Shown: positions 1-7,882, counted from the first letter of the stretch. The stretch: 18,910 nt of DNA from Thermofilaceae archaeon (GCA_038727095.1 JAVYWK010000033.1:1-18910), one strand, 5' to 3'. Notes: generated by a model from the letters alone, not told the origin. Program-made: numbers and translations.

Positions 1-1122
1 CGCGACGATCGGCTGGGTCACAGGGAGGGTGTACAGTACCGCGATAGCCGCTTTCCCCAGAGCACTGCTCGGCGCGAAGAGTATGAAGAGAGCTGGGATG
101 TAGAAGAGCATCGAGAGGGGGCCTACCAGCGTGTTCGCAACTCTCACGTCCTTGCTCAGTACCCCGATAACCATGCCCACTGCGGCTGCGAAGAAGAGAG
201 AGATCAGCAAGCTCAGCGCAATGACGGTTATGTCCATTGGTGCTGCCATCAGTTCGATGTTCAATGCTTGTCCAGGCTCCCGCGTGAAGGCGAAGGGTAC
301 GGTTAGAATGAGGTAGAAGTAGGCGAACATGCCGACCACCTGGAAAGCCGTACCCAGCATAGAGACGGCGAACATGCCTAATAGCTTTGATAAAAGAACA
401 TCGTAGCTTGAAATGGGTAGCGTGAGGAGAGTTTCCAGCGTCCTTTCCTCATTCTCAACCGCTACCGATGTTGCCGCCATCTGCATCACCACCAACGCGA
501 TGGAGAGGAGGATCAAGGGTATCAGCATCGCAGCCATCGATAGCCCCGTCAGTAGCTCAGGTCTGGTGAGCAGAAGACCCTTCGCCGCCATGTATATAGT
601 GCTGTTAACGGCTACCGGATCCCTGACTAAATCGTAGCTTACTTTGCCTTCAAGCAGCTTCCTTGCGGCAAATTCTCTGACAGAATCCGCCAAACCCAAT
701 CCCTGAAGAGAGAAGAGCGTGGAATCCCTCAATATCTGAACGAGGTCGAGGGATGGTTTCCGGCCTTGCTCGAGAGCTTCTGCGAAACCCGGCTTTATCA
801 CGAGCAGTGCTGATGCGCCACTTTCCGCAGCTCTCTGGGAGAGCTCCTCGAGCGTTCCGCCGCTTACCTCTATCACGGTAAACCCCTTACCGGAGAGCCA
901 ACGTACCAGCTCCCTTGAGAGGGTCGTTCGATCCAGGTCTGCTACAGCGACGGTTTGAACCCTTACAGCCTGCGTAATTGCGGCCTGCATGGCTGTAGAA
1001 ATCGCTATCCCGATCACCGGCATGATTACTGCTGAAAGCACGAAGGGGATGAAGATCCTCGGATCGCGGATCAGGTCTCTAAACTCCTTTAGGGCGAGAA
1101 CCTTTACAGCTTGAAGATTCAT
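1..1122 (-). CDS. ABC-2 type exporter permease (NatB-like), 3' end truncated by the window edge
   Basis: Not in the ORF track. My translation from ATG at 1122 (ATGA overlap with the ATPase stop at 1119-1121) gives MNLQAVKVLALKEFRDLIRDPRIFIPFVLSAVIMPVIG..., an extracytoplasmic loop (VAVADLDRTTLSRELV) and the ABC-2 signature AATSVAVENEERTLETLLTLPIS...LLSKLLG, followed by hydrophobic helices. Confidence 0.9.
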   Translation of the reverse strand, partial: MNLQAVKVLALKEFRDLIRDPRIFIPFVLSAVIMPVIGIAISTAMQAAITQAVRVQTVAVADLDRTTLSRELVRWLSGKGFTVIEVSGGTLEELSQRAAESGASALLVIKPGFAEALEQGRKPSLDLVQILRDSTLFSLQGLGLADSVREFAARKLLEGKVSYDLVRDPVAVNSTIYMAAKGLLLTRPELLTGLSMAAMLIPLILLSIALVVMQMAATSVAVENEERTLETLLTLPISSYDVLLSKLLGMFAVSMLGTAFQVVGMFAYFYLILTVPFAFTREPGQALNIELMAAPMDITVIALSLLISLFFAAAVGMVIGVLSKDVRVANTLVGPLSMLFYIPALFILFAPSSALGKAAIAVLYTLPVTQPIVA

Positions 1123-1838
1123 GCAACCTCACCGACGAGAGATACGAATAGTTCCTCGAGGTTTCTCGCACCGTAACTACTCAGTAGCTCCGCTAGCCGC
1201 CCGCGCGTGATGATCCGCCCACGGTGTATCAATGCCACGGTATCGCACGTAGCCTCGATCTCACCCATGTTGTGACTCGAAAGTAGGACAGTTGTGCCCA
1301 GCTCCCTTGCGTACCTCCTCACAATCTCCCGCACCTCCCGCGCTTGCAGAACGTCAAGACCCGAGGTTGGCTCATCGAGGATCGCGACTCTCGGTTTCAC
1401 CATGAGCGCACGAGCAACCTGTATCCTCCTCTTCATCCCCTTGCTGTACGTCTTCATCTTCTCGTATGCCGCGCTTCCCAAGCCAGCTATCTTGAGGCCG
1501 AGCTCGAGCGCCTCCTCCCCATCCTTACCGTAGTATATCTTGGCGATCATCTCGAGGAACTCGTAGCCCGTGATGTTCCGGTAGGTCCCAGCGTCCTCAG
1601 GCAGGTAGGAAACGTACCTCCTGATCCTCAGGTCGCCGGGGTTAGCGCCCAGCACTCGAACCTCTCCCGAAGTTGGTGGTAGCAACCCGGCTAGGATGCG
1701 GAAGGTCGTTGTCTTCCCTGCACCGTTGGGGCCTACTAGGCCGAAAACCTCCCCTTCCTCCACTTCGAAGCTAACCCCGTGCAGCGCTCTGAAAACGCCG
1801 AAGTCCTTCACCAGATCTCTTACTTCAACTACAGACAC
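1119..1838 (-). CDS. ABC transporter ATP-binding protein (NatA/CcmA-like exporter ATPase)
   Basis: Walker A GPNGAGKTT, signature YSKGMKRR, Walker B ILDEPT, H-loop SSH. GTG start; coupled to the permease. Confidence 0.95.
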   Translation of the reverse strand: MSVVEVRDLVKDFGVFRALHGVSFEVEEGEVFGLVGPNGAGKTTTFRILAGLLPPTSGEVRVLGANPGDLRIRRYVSYLPEDAGTYRNITGYEFLEMIAKIYYGKDGEEALELGLKIAGLGSAAYEKMKTYSKGMKRRIQVARALMVKPRVAILDEPTSGLDVLQAREVREIVRRYARELGTTVLLSSHNMGEIEATCDTVALIHRGRIITRGRLAELLSSYGARNLEELFVSLVGEVA

Positions 1839-1850
1839 AGCGTTTCAAGC

Positions 1851-1866
1851 ATATGCATATAATAAA
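1851..1866 (-). promoter_or_regulatory. TATA box (TTTATTATA on minus, 1866-1858) with overlapping palindrome ATATGCATAT (1851-1860)
   Basis: Lies 20-28 bp upstream of the GTG at 1838, the spacing expected for a leaderless archaeal transcript. Confidence 0.6.
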
Positions 1867-1895
1867 CATTGCGTAAGAACACAGGATCATGAAGC

Positions 1896-1920
1896 AAAAA
1901 TTGTAACAAAAAAGGAGGAA
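1896..1920 (-). terminator. Oligo-T terminator downstream of the superoxide reductase gene
   Basis: Minus strand reads TTCCTCCTTTTTTGTTACAATTTTT, 34-58 bp after the stop codon. Confidence 0.5.
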
Positions 1921-1953
1921 ATTAGGCAAACATCTCTACTATCGTAATGAAAG

Positions 1954-2325
1954 CTAAAGCGTCGATTCGCTCCGCCAGAGACCGTGTATGTTGCAGTAGC
2001 TGAAGGCTATGAGTTTACCGGGCTTATCCGTTTTGAACATGAAGGTGGCTACAGGCTCCGTGTAAACCGTGCTCGTGTTGGGCCCCTTCACTGACTCGCC
2101 GTGCGCTTCAAAGTCTGCTCTACCGATCTTAAAGGGGAATTGCTCTCCTTCAGGCCAGAAGATTAACTCAATATAGCGGATGTGGTGCTCAGTTGTGTTG
2201 GGGTGCGGAATTTCCTTCCCTACGGTTACTCTAACGGTTACCAAATTTCCCTTTTTCTCTAGTATTTCAATAACGGGGACATGCTTCTCCTTTTTCCAGT
2301 CTTCTGTTCTGAATAGTTCGGTCAC
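1954..2325 (-). CDS. sor: Superoxide reductase (1Fe-SOR / neelaredoxin type)
   Basis: EKHVP, HPNTTEHHIRYIEL and CNIHGLW iron-ligand motifs. 123 aa, with no N-terminal desulforedoxin domain. Confidence 0.95.
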   Translation of the reverse strand: MTELFRTEDWKKEKHVPVIEILEKKGNLVTVRVTVGKEIPHPNTTEHHIRYIELIFWPEGEQFPFKIGRADFEAHGESVKGPNTSTVYTEPVATFMFKTDKPGKLIAFSYCNIHGLWRSESTL

Positions 2326-2346
2326 AATGACCCTATGACAGAGGGG

Positions 2347-2352
2347 TTTAAA
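2347..2352 (-). promoter_or_regulatory. TATA box (TTTAAA) of sor
   Basis: 22-27 bp upstream of the GTG at 2325. Confidence 0.6.
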
Positions 2353-2413
2353 TCAATTGCGTGAGCATAATAAACAATTTAATTTAAATATATAAATTAT
2401 GTGATAATATCAT

Positions 2414-2431
2414 AAAATTTCAAAAGAAAAA
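2414..2431 (-). terminator. Oligo-T terminator of the surface-protein/ABC operon
   Basis: Minus strand reads TTTTTCTTTTGAAATTTT, starting 8 bp after the permease stop. Confidence 0.55.
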
Positions 2432-2438
2432 TGTAAAC

Positions 2439-3380
2439 TTATCGGGTTTCCTGCTTGCGTAGAAATACTAAGTAGGAGAGCAGCGTAAAGACGGCTATGT
2501 AGACTGCAGGAATAACTATGTCGATCCAACGGTTTAGGAGCACTGCGCCAAGCTCTTCATAAGCGCTTGTTTGCTGCCTCAAGGCGAAGAGCGCTTGAGA
2601 TAGGCTCTGGAATCGTGCGTTGGGGGAGATCAACTGGATCGTACTTGTTATCTGCGAGTACTTCTGGTAGTACTCTCTAAGCTGGGTTGGCTCCTGCCCA
2701 GGCTGGAAGGGTCTCGTAGCGTTGAATCGGAAGCTTATCGCAGGCGGCGGTCCCAGCATGTAGAAGGCTATGAAGGAGGCTAGGAGTGGTAGTACGAAGC
2801 TGAAGAAGATCCAGAGCACAAGGCTAAACACGAGGGCGTGGCTCGACCTTGACGAGTTGACCGAGGCGAAGAGTGCTAACGAGTAGTACGCGAAAGCCAG
2901 CAGCGTGGCTGGTAGGAGCAGCAAGAGGAGCCTCACGAAGTCTTCCGCCGTCACCGTGATGCCCTGGAGCACCACCGCTGTTGGCATAGCGATGAGCGTT
3001 GAGAGCCCGAGCGCCAGCAATATCAGTAGTGCAGCCGCAATCATCTTGCCGTTGATAAAGTCGTCCCTGTAGATTGGGCGTGATAGCACCAGCCTGATAG
3101 TACCCTTCTCACGCTCAGCTGCGATGGCCCCGAAGCCCAGCGCGATGCCCAGCAGCGGCGCTATGTAGTTGAAGGCGCCAGCAACGTTGCTCGAGAGCTG
3201 CAGTACGACTCTCTGCCTACCCGTGGGCACTAGGCCTCCAAAGCCTCGCAGAGCGAAGCCGACAGCGTATGTTGATGCGATGTAGAATAGGACGAAAAGG
3301 GCGATGAGCCCCCAGAACCTAATGCTCTTTAGGTTCTCAATGATCTCCTTCTTTGCAACCACTAGAATCTTTTCCATCAT
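2439..3380 (-). CDS. ABC-2 type transporter permease (NosY-like)
   Basis: N-terminal VAKKEIIENLKS, signature GAIAAEREKGTIRLVLSRPIYRDDFINGK, about 6 hydrophobic helices. Start overlaps the ATPase stop. Confidence 0.92.
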   Translation of the reverse strand: MMEKILVVAKKEIIENLKSIRFWGLIALFVLFYIASTYAVGFALRGFGGLVPTGRQRVVLQLSSNVAGAFNYIAPLLGIALGFGAIAAEREKGTIRLVLSRPIYRDDFINGKMIAAALLILLALGLSTLIAMPTAVVLQGITVTAEDFVRLLLLLLPATLLAFAYYSLALFASVNSSRSSHALVFSLVLWIFFSFVLPLLASFIAFYMLGPPPAISFRFNATRPFQPGQEPTQLREYYQKYSQITSTIQLISPNARFQSLSQALFALRQQTSAYEELGAVLLNRWIDIVIPAVYIAVFTLLSYLVFLRKQETR

Positions 3381-4318
3381 GCTCGCTCACCCTGGTAGAA
3401 CTGGTAGAGGTCGTCCCACGTGGGCGCGAGAGGCTTAAGCGATTTCACTCTGAACTTGCCGGCTATGGACGATAGCTCTTCGCCTATATCGCGGCTAGCC
3501 TGCACCCTAATCAAGTCGTTCTCCAGCGCAACGTAAGTTACACCGCTCAAACCTTTTAGCTCACGCAGAAGCTCTTCAGCTCCTGTCGCTACAGTGAGTT
3601 CGTAACCGTACCCCTTCGCCTCTCTATAGGCTCTCGAGAGCTCCTCCAGGCTTCCCTGAGCCAAAATCTTCCCAGCGCGAATCAGGGCGGCGTGAGTGCA
3701 GATGTAGCCCAGCTCGTGCAGTAGGTGCGTTGAAACGAGAATCGTCTTACCCTGCTTAACCATTTCCTCCATCATCCTCTTGAATAGGGCCGCACCCTGC
3801 GGGTCGAGCCCAAGCGTGGGTTCATCGAGGAGGAGCAGCTCCGGGTCCTTGAGGAGCACTTGCGCTAAGGCGAGCCTTTGGGTCATCCCCCTGGAGAAGC
3901 CCTTAACCTTGGCGTTAGCCCAGTTCTTCAAACCAACGAGCTCGAGGACCTCGTTGATTCTCTGCTTGAGCTCAGACCCAGGTATGCCGTCGAGCTTACC
4001 CAGGTACTCGAGGTTTTCGCGCGCAGTCATGTGCTCGTAAAAGCCGTAGTTCTCGGGTAGAACGCCAACCCTCCTCCTAATTTCAATCGACTCCCTGACG
4101 CTATCGAAGCCGAGCACTCTCGCAGTCCCGCTTGTAGGCAGCTGCAGGCCTATCAGAATGGATATCAGCGTTGTCTTACCGCTGCCGTTCGGTCCGAAGA
4201 GGCCGAAGAGGACGCCCTTCGGAACGCGTAAACTGACGCCGTCCAGCGCTCTAACTTCACCGCTCCGGTCCCTGTAGACCTTCACTAGGTTCTCGGTCTC
4301 GATCACGTACTCGGCCAT
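3377..4318 (-). CDS. ABC transporter ATP-binding protein with C-terminal accessory domain
   Basis: GPNGSGKTT, FSRGMTQR, LLLDEPT and STH motifs, plus a C-terminal extension of about 80 aa. GGGAGG ribosome-binding site just upstream. Confidence 0.95.
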   Translation of the reverse strand: MAEYVIETENLVKVYRDRSGEVRALDGVSLRVPKGVLFGLFGPNGSGKTTLISILIGLQLPTSGTARVLGFDSVRESIEIRRRVGVLPENYGFYEHMTARENLEYLGKLDGIPGSELKQRINEVLELVGLKNWANAKVKGFSRGMTQRLALAQVLLKDPELLLLDEPTLGLDPQGAALFKRMMEEMVKQGKTILVSTHLLHELGYICTHAALIRAGKILAQGSLEELSRAYREAKGYGYELTVATGAEELLRELKGLSGVTYVALENDLIRVQASRDIGEELSSIAGKFRVKSLKPLAPTWDDLYQFYQGERA

Positions 4319-4325
4319 CCTCCCA

Positions 4326-6050
4326 TCACCTCCTACCCAAGCGCCTGAAGGCTATCAGGACTGCTGCCGCTATGATCACAACCACTGCCGCTGCTACGTA
4401 AGCGGGGCTGCTCGCGGCTCTAACGTACACGTGCAAGTCCCTGCTTGCCGGATCTAGCTGATCAGCTCTTAATGTCAGCGTTACATAGTAGTCGCCCGCG
4501 TCAAGGGTGGGATCAGTCGTCAGGGTGAGCGTGAATGTTGCGCTCTCACCTGGCTTCAGGAGGAGCACGTTCTGCGGCTCAATGCTTAACGTGAAGCCGC
4601 TGGGCACGCTGGTAGCCGTTAGCACCAGGTTCGTTAAAGAGCTGTAGCCTGTGTTGCTGACAGTTAGCTGGAATGTGGAGGTGGAGCCTGGCGCCATTTC
4701 GAGGTAGAAGTTCTGGGTCACGAAGCTGAGCGCATACCTGCCCAGGATGCCGAGGCTCAGCGTGACTTCATCGCTGGTCGACGGCGCGCTGACTCTCAGC
4801 TTGAAGCTCAGCGCGCCCGGGTCGGCTAGCGGGGGTACGCTGACGGAGAGGTACAGCGTCGAGCTACCGCCAGCCGGCAGGTAAACCTGCGTCAGGACGT
4901 TGCCCTGAGCGTCAGAAACGGTCCAGGTGTAGCCTTGCGGTAAGCCGGTAACGTTGAAGACTGCTAGGCAGTCAGCCTCGCCGAAGTTGGTGACTGTGAA
5001 CTGGTACTTGGCGCTCTTACCGGCGTAAGCATCAACGTGCGGGGTTCCAGTCGAAATGCGTAGAGTGGGAGCTCCCGTAGCCACCATAACATTGATTGTT
5101 AACGTATCGACGAAGTACGTGTCTAAGCCGACGAGGCTCAAGTTAACACTGTAAAGTTTAGGCTCAGCCTCTCTCGGGACTGCGAGGTACAGCGTCGCCT
5201 GCAGGCTTTCACTGGGGTTTAAGCTGACGGCATCCGCAACGTTTCCGGATGAATCCTTCACAACCCCATTCCACCCGCTCGGTAGATCGGCGTTCAACTT
5301 AGCCGTAAAGGGTACTGGGAGACTGTTCGCAAACCGCACCGGTATCTGCAGCATCCTCCCGGGGGTTGCGCGCAGGGACTTTAGCAGGGTGCTTATCAGA
5401 TTGAGTGGCTCGTTTACGACGGTCACGTTTAGTTCTCTGACGTGCGTAATGAAGCCAGTGAAGCTGAGTTTTACTCGACACGTTGTTGTCTCCATGTAGG
5501 GGGTCTTGATCTGAAGCGTGAGGCTCTGTGCTTCACCGGGGCCTAAAAGGAGCCTGGTCACCCTCATGCCTCCAGCGTACAGTGCAACATCAAGGTCGCA
5601 GCTCTTCTCGATGCTTACGGAGATGTTCTCTGCGCTAGCCCCCTTGTTGCTCAAAGAGACTGGGATAGATGCTGTGGACAGCACGGGCAGCTCGATTTGG
5701 GACGGTGTGAGCGAAACTGTCAGGCTGTAATCCATCACGATATCGCCGAGATCGGTGTAGAGCGTCTGCTTGCCGATGGTAAAGGTGAGCGTCCTATCCA
5801 CGTAACCGGGCTTGCTCAGCCTTAAAGTGTAGGTGCCCGAGGGTAGCGCCAGCCAGAATCTCCCATCGGCGCCTGTGGTGGATCTGGCTACAACGTTGTT
5901 ATTGGAATCGTACACGACGACGGTCGCACCATCGATGGGCAGACAGTCCCGGTTCAGAACTGTACCGGCGACGCCGATCGACGCTTGTGCTAGCACTAAA
6001 ACTGTCAGTAGAATCGTCGCGGTGGCAATGAGTAACCCTACAGATTTCAT
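4326..6050 (-). CDS. Membrane-anchored surface protein: carboxypeptidase-regulatory-like domain + four Ig-like (NEW3/NPCBM-associated-like) repeats
   Basis: Signal peptide MKSVGLLIATATILLTVLVLAQA; GTVLN...PIDGATVVV...TGADGRF...LPSGTYTLRLSKPGY domain; four repeats ending in L-x-P-(G/S/A)-(E/G)-S/A...L-x-L; C-terminal TM helix followed by RRLGRR. Confidence 0.85.
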   Translation of the reverse strand: MKSVGLLIATATILLTVLVLAQASIGVAGTVLNRDCLPIDGATVVVYDSNNNVVARSTTGADGRFWLALPSGTYTLRLSKPGYVDRTLTFTIGKQTLYTDLGDIVMDYSLTVSLTPSQIELPVLSTASIPVSLSNKGASAENISVSIEKSCDLDVALYAGGMRVTRLLLGPGEAQSLTLQIKTPYMETTTCRVKLSFTGFITHVRELNVTVVNEPLNLISTLLKSLRATPGRMLQIPVRFANSLPVPFTAKLNADLPSGWNGVVKDSSGNVADAVSLNPSESLQATLYLAVPREAEPKLYSVNLSLVGLDTYFVDTLTINVMVATGAPTLRISTGTPHVDAYAGKSAKYQFTVTNFGEADCLAVFNVTGLPQGYTWTVSDAQGNVLTQVYLPAGGSSTLYLSVSVPPLADPGALSFKLRVSAPSTSDEVTLSLGILGRYALSFVTQNFYLEMAPGSTSTFQLTVSNTGYSSLTNLVLTATSVPSGFTLSIEPQNVLLLKPGESATFTLTLTTDPTLDAGDYYVTLTLRADQLDPASRDLHVYVRAASSPAYVAAAVVVIIAAAVLIAFRRLGRR

Positions 6051-6071
6051 CAGCTTCCACGGTAGAGGAGC

Positions 6072-6077
6072 TTATAT
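6072..6077 (-). promoter_or_regulatory. TATA box (ATATAA on minus) of the surface-protein/ABC operon
   Basis: 22-27 bp upstream of the ATG at 6050. Confidence 0.6.
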
Positions 6078-6085
6078 GCTGTTTG

Positions 6086-6100
6086 TGGACCTTAAGTCCA
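6086..6100. promoter_or_regulatory. Inverted repeat TGGAC-N5-GTCCA, candidate transcription-factor site
   Basis: Perfect 5-bp arms 36-50 bp upstream of the ATG at 6050, just beyond the TATA/BRE region and next to a wHTH gene. Confidence 0.45.
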
Positions 6101-6108
6101 TTTTCCAC

Positions 6109-6378
6109 TTATATCTCAACCCCGAATGCCTCCGCGATTCTCATTATCCTCTCGTACTCTCTGAGGAACTCCCTCCCTCTCTTAGTGATCCTGTACTTCA
6201 CCTCCCTCCCGTCCTCTTCGCGCACAACGAGCTCCTTTTCAACAAGCTCATCGAGGTACCTCATGAGGCGAGCATAGGACAAGTTAGCCTCCATCATCAA
6301 CTTCGTGATGTTTGCCTCTCCCGACTCCAGAACCCTCAAAATATCCGCTAGGATCCTCAGCTTTGTGCGTCTTTTCAT
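6109..6378 (-). CDS. Small winged-helix DNA-binding protein (archaeal HTH_45-like)
   Basis: RRTKLRILADIL...ANITKLMMEANLSYARLMRYLDELVEKELV...YRITKRGREFL is a typical archaeal wHTH. ATG at 6378 (TGATG overlap with the upstream stop) is preferred over TTG at 6381. Confidence 0.9.
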   Translation of the reverse strand: MKRRTKLRILADILRVLESGEANITKLMMEANLSYARLMRYLDELVEKELVVREEDGREVKYRITKRGREFLREYERIMRIAEAFGVEI

Positions 6379-7061
6379 CAAGCCCGCGCCACCCTAGCTG
6401 CGAGCGCGAGGAAGGATAGCAGACCGAAAAGGTAGAGAGCTTTGGATGCCACGAAGAGCTCCTCGCTACCGCTGATCACGGAGAGGGGGAGTAATACGTT
6501 GGAGAGCAGCAGCATAGCGAAGGCAACTACGGGCAAAATGGAGTTCGTCGATTTCGTTGAAAGGTGTACGCTCACCGCGTTGAGCAGTATGAACAGCGAT
6601 AACGCGATGTTGACGAAGGCGAGGGTCAAGAAAAGGCCGCCCCACACCCTTTGCAAGGCGAACAGCGGCAGCAGGGGGATTAGGGCGGCTGCGGGCTCGG
6701 CCTGCTCCCTTGCGCAGCGTAACTGTGCAAGCTCCACAGCGTAGCCGACAGCTATGAGGAGCAGAGCTGCAGTCTGCAGAAGCAGGGGGGCGGGGCCGAA
6801 GCCGTGCGCCAGGAAGAAGGCGAGGAGGGGGGCTCTTGCCAGGAAGGCGGCAGCAAGCAGGAGCATCCTCGCGGTTTCTCCAGCGGCGAGGAGGCCGAAG
6901 CCCAGAAGGAAGAAAAAGAAGAGCTGAGAGCGCGTAAGCCTGTAAGCTCGGTATAGGAAGTAGCAGAGCAGGAGTAGCGCAAGCGTGGCCGCGCCATCTA
7001 TCAGCATGAGCACCAGCGAGGCTAGAACATGCCACCTCAACGGCTGGACGGGTGGAGGCAC
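6378..7061 (-). CDS. Uncharacterised polytopic membrane protein (about 7 TM, two similar 3-TM units)
   Basis: Almost entirely hydrophobic helices. GGGGAG upstream of the GTG; stop overlaps the wHTH start. Confidence 0.8.
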   Translation of the reverse strand: MPPPVQPLRWHVLASLVLMLIDGAATLALLLLCYFLYRAYRLTRSQLFFFFLLGFGLLAAGETARMLLLAAAFLARAPLLAFFLAHGFGPAPLLLQTAALLLIAVGYAVELAQLRCAREQAEPAAALIPLLPLFALQRVWGGLFLTLAFVNIALSLFILLNAVSVHLSTKSTNSILPVVAFAMLLLSNVLLPLSVISGSEELFVASKALYLFGLLSFLALAARVARA

Positions 7062-7084
7062 GTTCTCCCCATCGAAGCGCTAGA

Positions 7085-7780
7085 TTAACCTTTTCCCCTC
7101 AATTCGGCGCTGGGGCAGATCTTGCTGAGCGGGCACGCCGGGCATTGCGGGCTCCTGGCCTTGCATAGCTCCCTGCCCAGCTTAATGAGCAGAAGATGGG
7201 CCTCCAACCTGTACTCCTCCCTGAAAACCCTGTGGAGCGATTCTCGAACGGCCTCGTAACTGGAGCCTACAGCGATGCCGAGCCTTTTCGCAACCCTTCT
7301 AACGTGAGTGTCGACGGGGACTACGGGGAAGCCCGAGAAGGCTAGGAGAACGTCCACCGTCTTCTCGCCGATACCCCTGATCCCCCCAAGTACCGCCCTC
7401 ACCCTCTCCTCGCCCTCTTTGAGAAGCTTCCCCAGATCCCCACCGTAATCCCTCAAGACGAGCTCGGCTGCGGCCACTATGGCTTCAGCCTTCTGCTTCT
7501 GCAGACCCGCTACTCTTATCGCCTCCTCCACCCTTTTAACCCCAGCCGCCACGATCGATGCGGGGTCGACGCCTACCTCCCTCTCCAACCTTTCGAAGGC
7601 GAGGAAGGTGTTCCTCTCGTTCGTGTTCTGGGAGATTATCGTGGCGACGAGAACTTTAAACGGGTCTCCGCTCCTACCTGCCTTCAGCGCAGCGAACTCG
7701 CTCTCGTTGATCTGAAACCTCGCTCTGAGCAGTCTGAGGATCTCGTCACCGAAGTCGTATTGCTTGGCACGCGCCGCCAT
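7085..7780 (-). CDS. nth: Endonuclease III (HhH-GPD DNA glycosylase/AP lyase, 4Fe-4S)
   Basis: DPFKVLVATIISQNT, HhH motif IRGIGEKT (catalytic Lys), PVDTHVRRV, and C-X6-C-X2-C-X5-C (CKARSPQCPACPLSKIC). ATG at 7780 is preferred because an AT-rich element at 7801-7808 sits at TATA distance; GTG at 7792 is the alternative. Confidence 0.93.
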   Translation of the reverse strand: MAARAKQYDFGDEILRLLRARFQINESEFAALKAGRSGDPFKVLVATIISQNTNERNTFLAFERLEREVGVDPASIVAAGVKRVEEAIRVAGLQKQKAEAIVAAAELVLRDYGGDLGKLLKEGEERVRAVLGGIRGIGEKTVDVLLAFSGFPVVPVDTHVRRVAKRLGIAVGSSYEAVRESLHRVFREEYRLEAHLLLIKLGRELCKARSPQCPACPLSKICPSAELRGKG

Positions 7781-7874
7781 CAGAAACCCCACCCATCACC
7801 TTTATTATCGCTACCCATCGATGCTTTACCTGCAAGCTGAGGGAAAGGAGCCGCATGGGAGACTGCCCGCGCGC

Positions 7875-7882
7875 TTTTTAAA
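7875..7882 (+). promoter_or_regulatory. TATA box (TTTTTAAA) of the PHP-MFS operon
   Basis: 23-30 bp upstream of the GTG at 7905. Confidence 0.65.

Noticed and set aside
2390-2406. Possible Thermococcales glycolytic motif (TATCAC-N5-GTGATA)
   Set aside because: Only the GTGATA half is present; the left half reads ATATAA.
5833-6351. 172-aa plus-strand ORF
   Set aside because: Antisense to two well-supported genes, with no recognisable motifs.
6466-7035. 189-aa alternative-frame ORF inside the membrane-protein gene
   Set aside because: Pro/Arg/Ala-rich composition typical of an off-frame reading of GC-rich, Leu-rich coding DNA.
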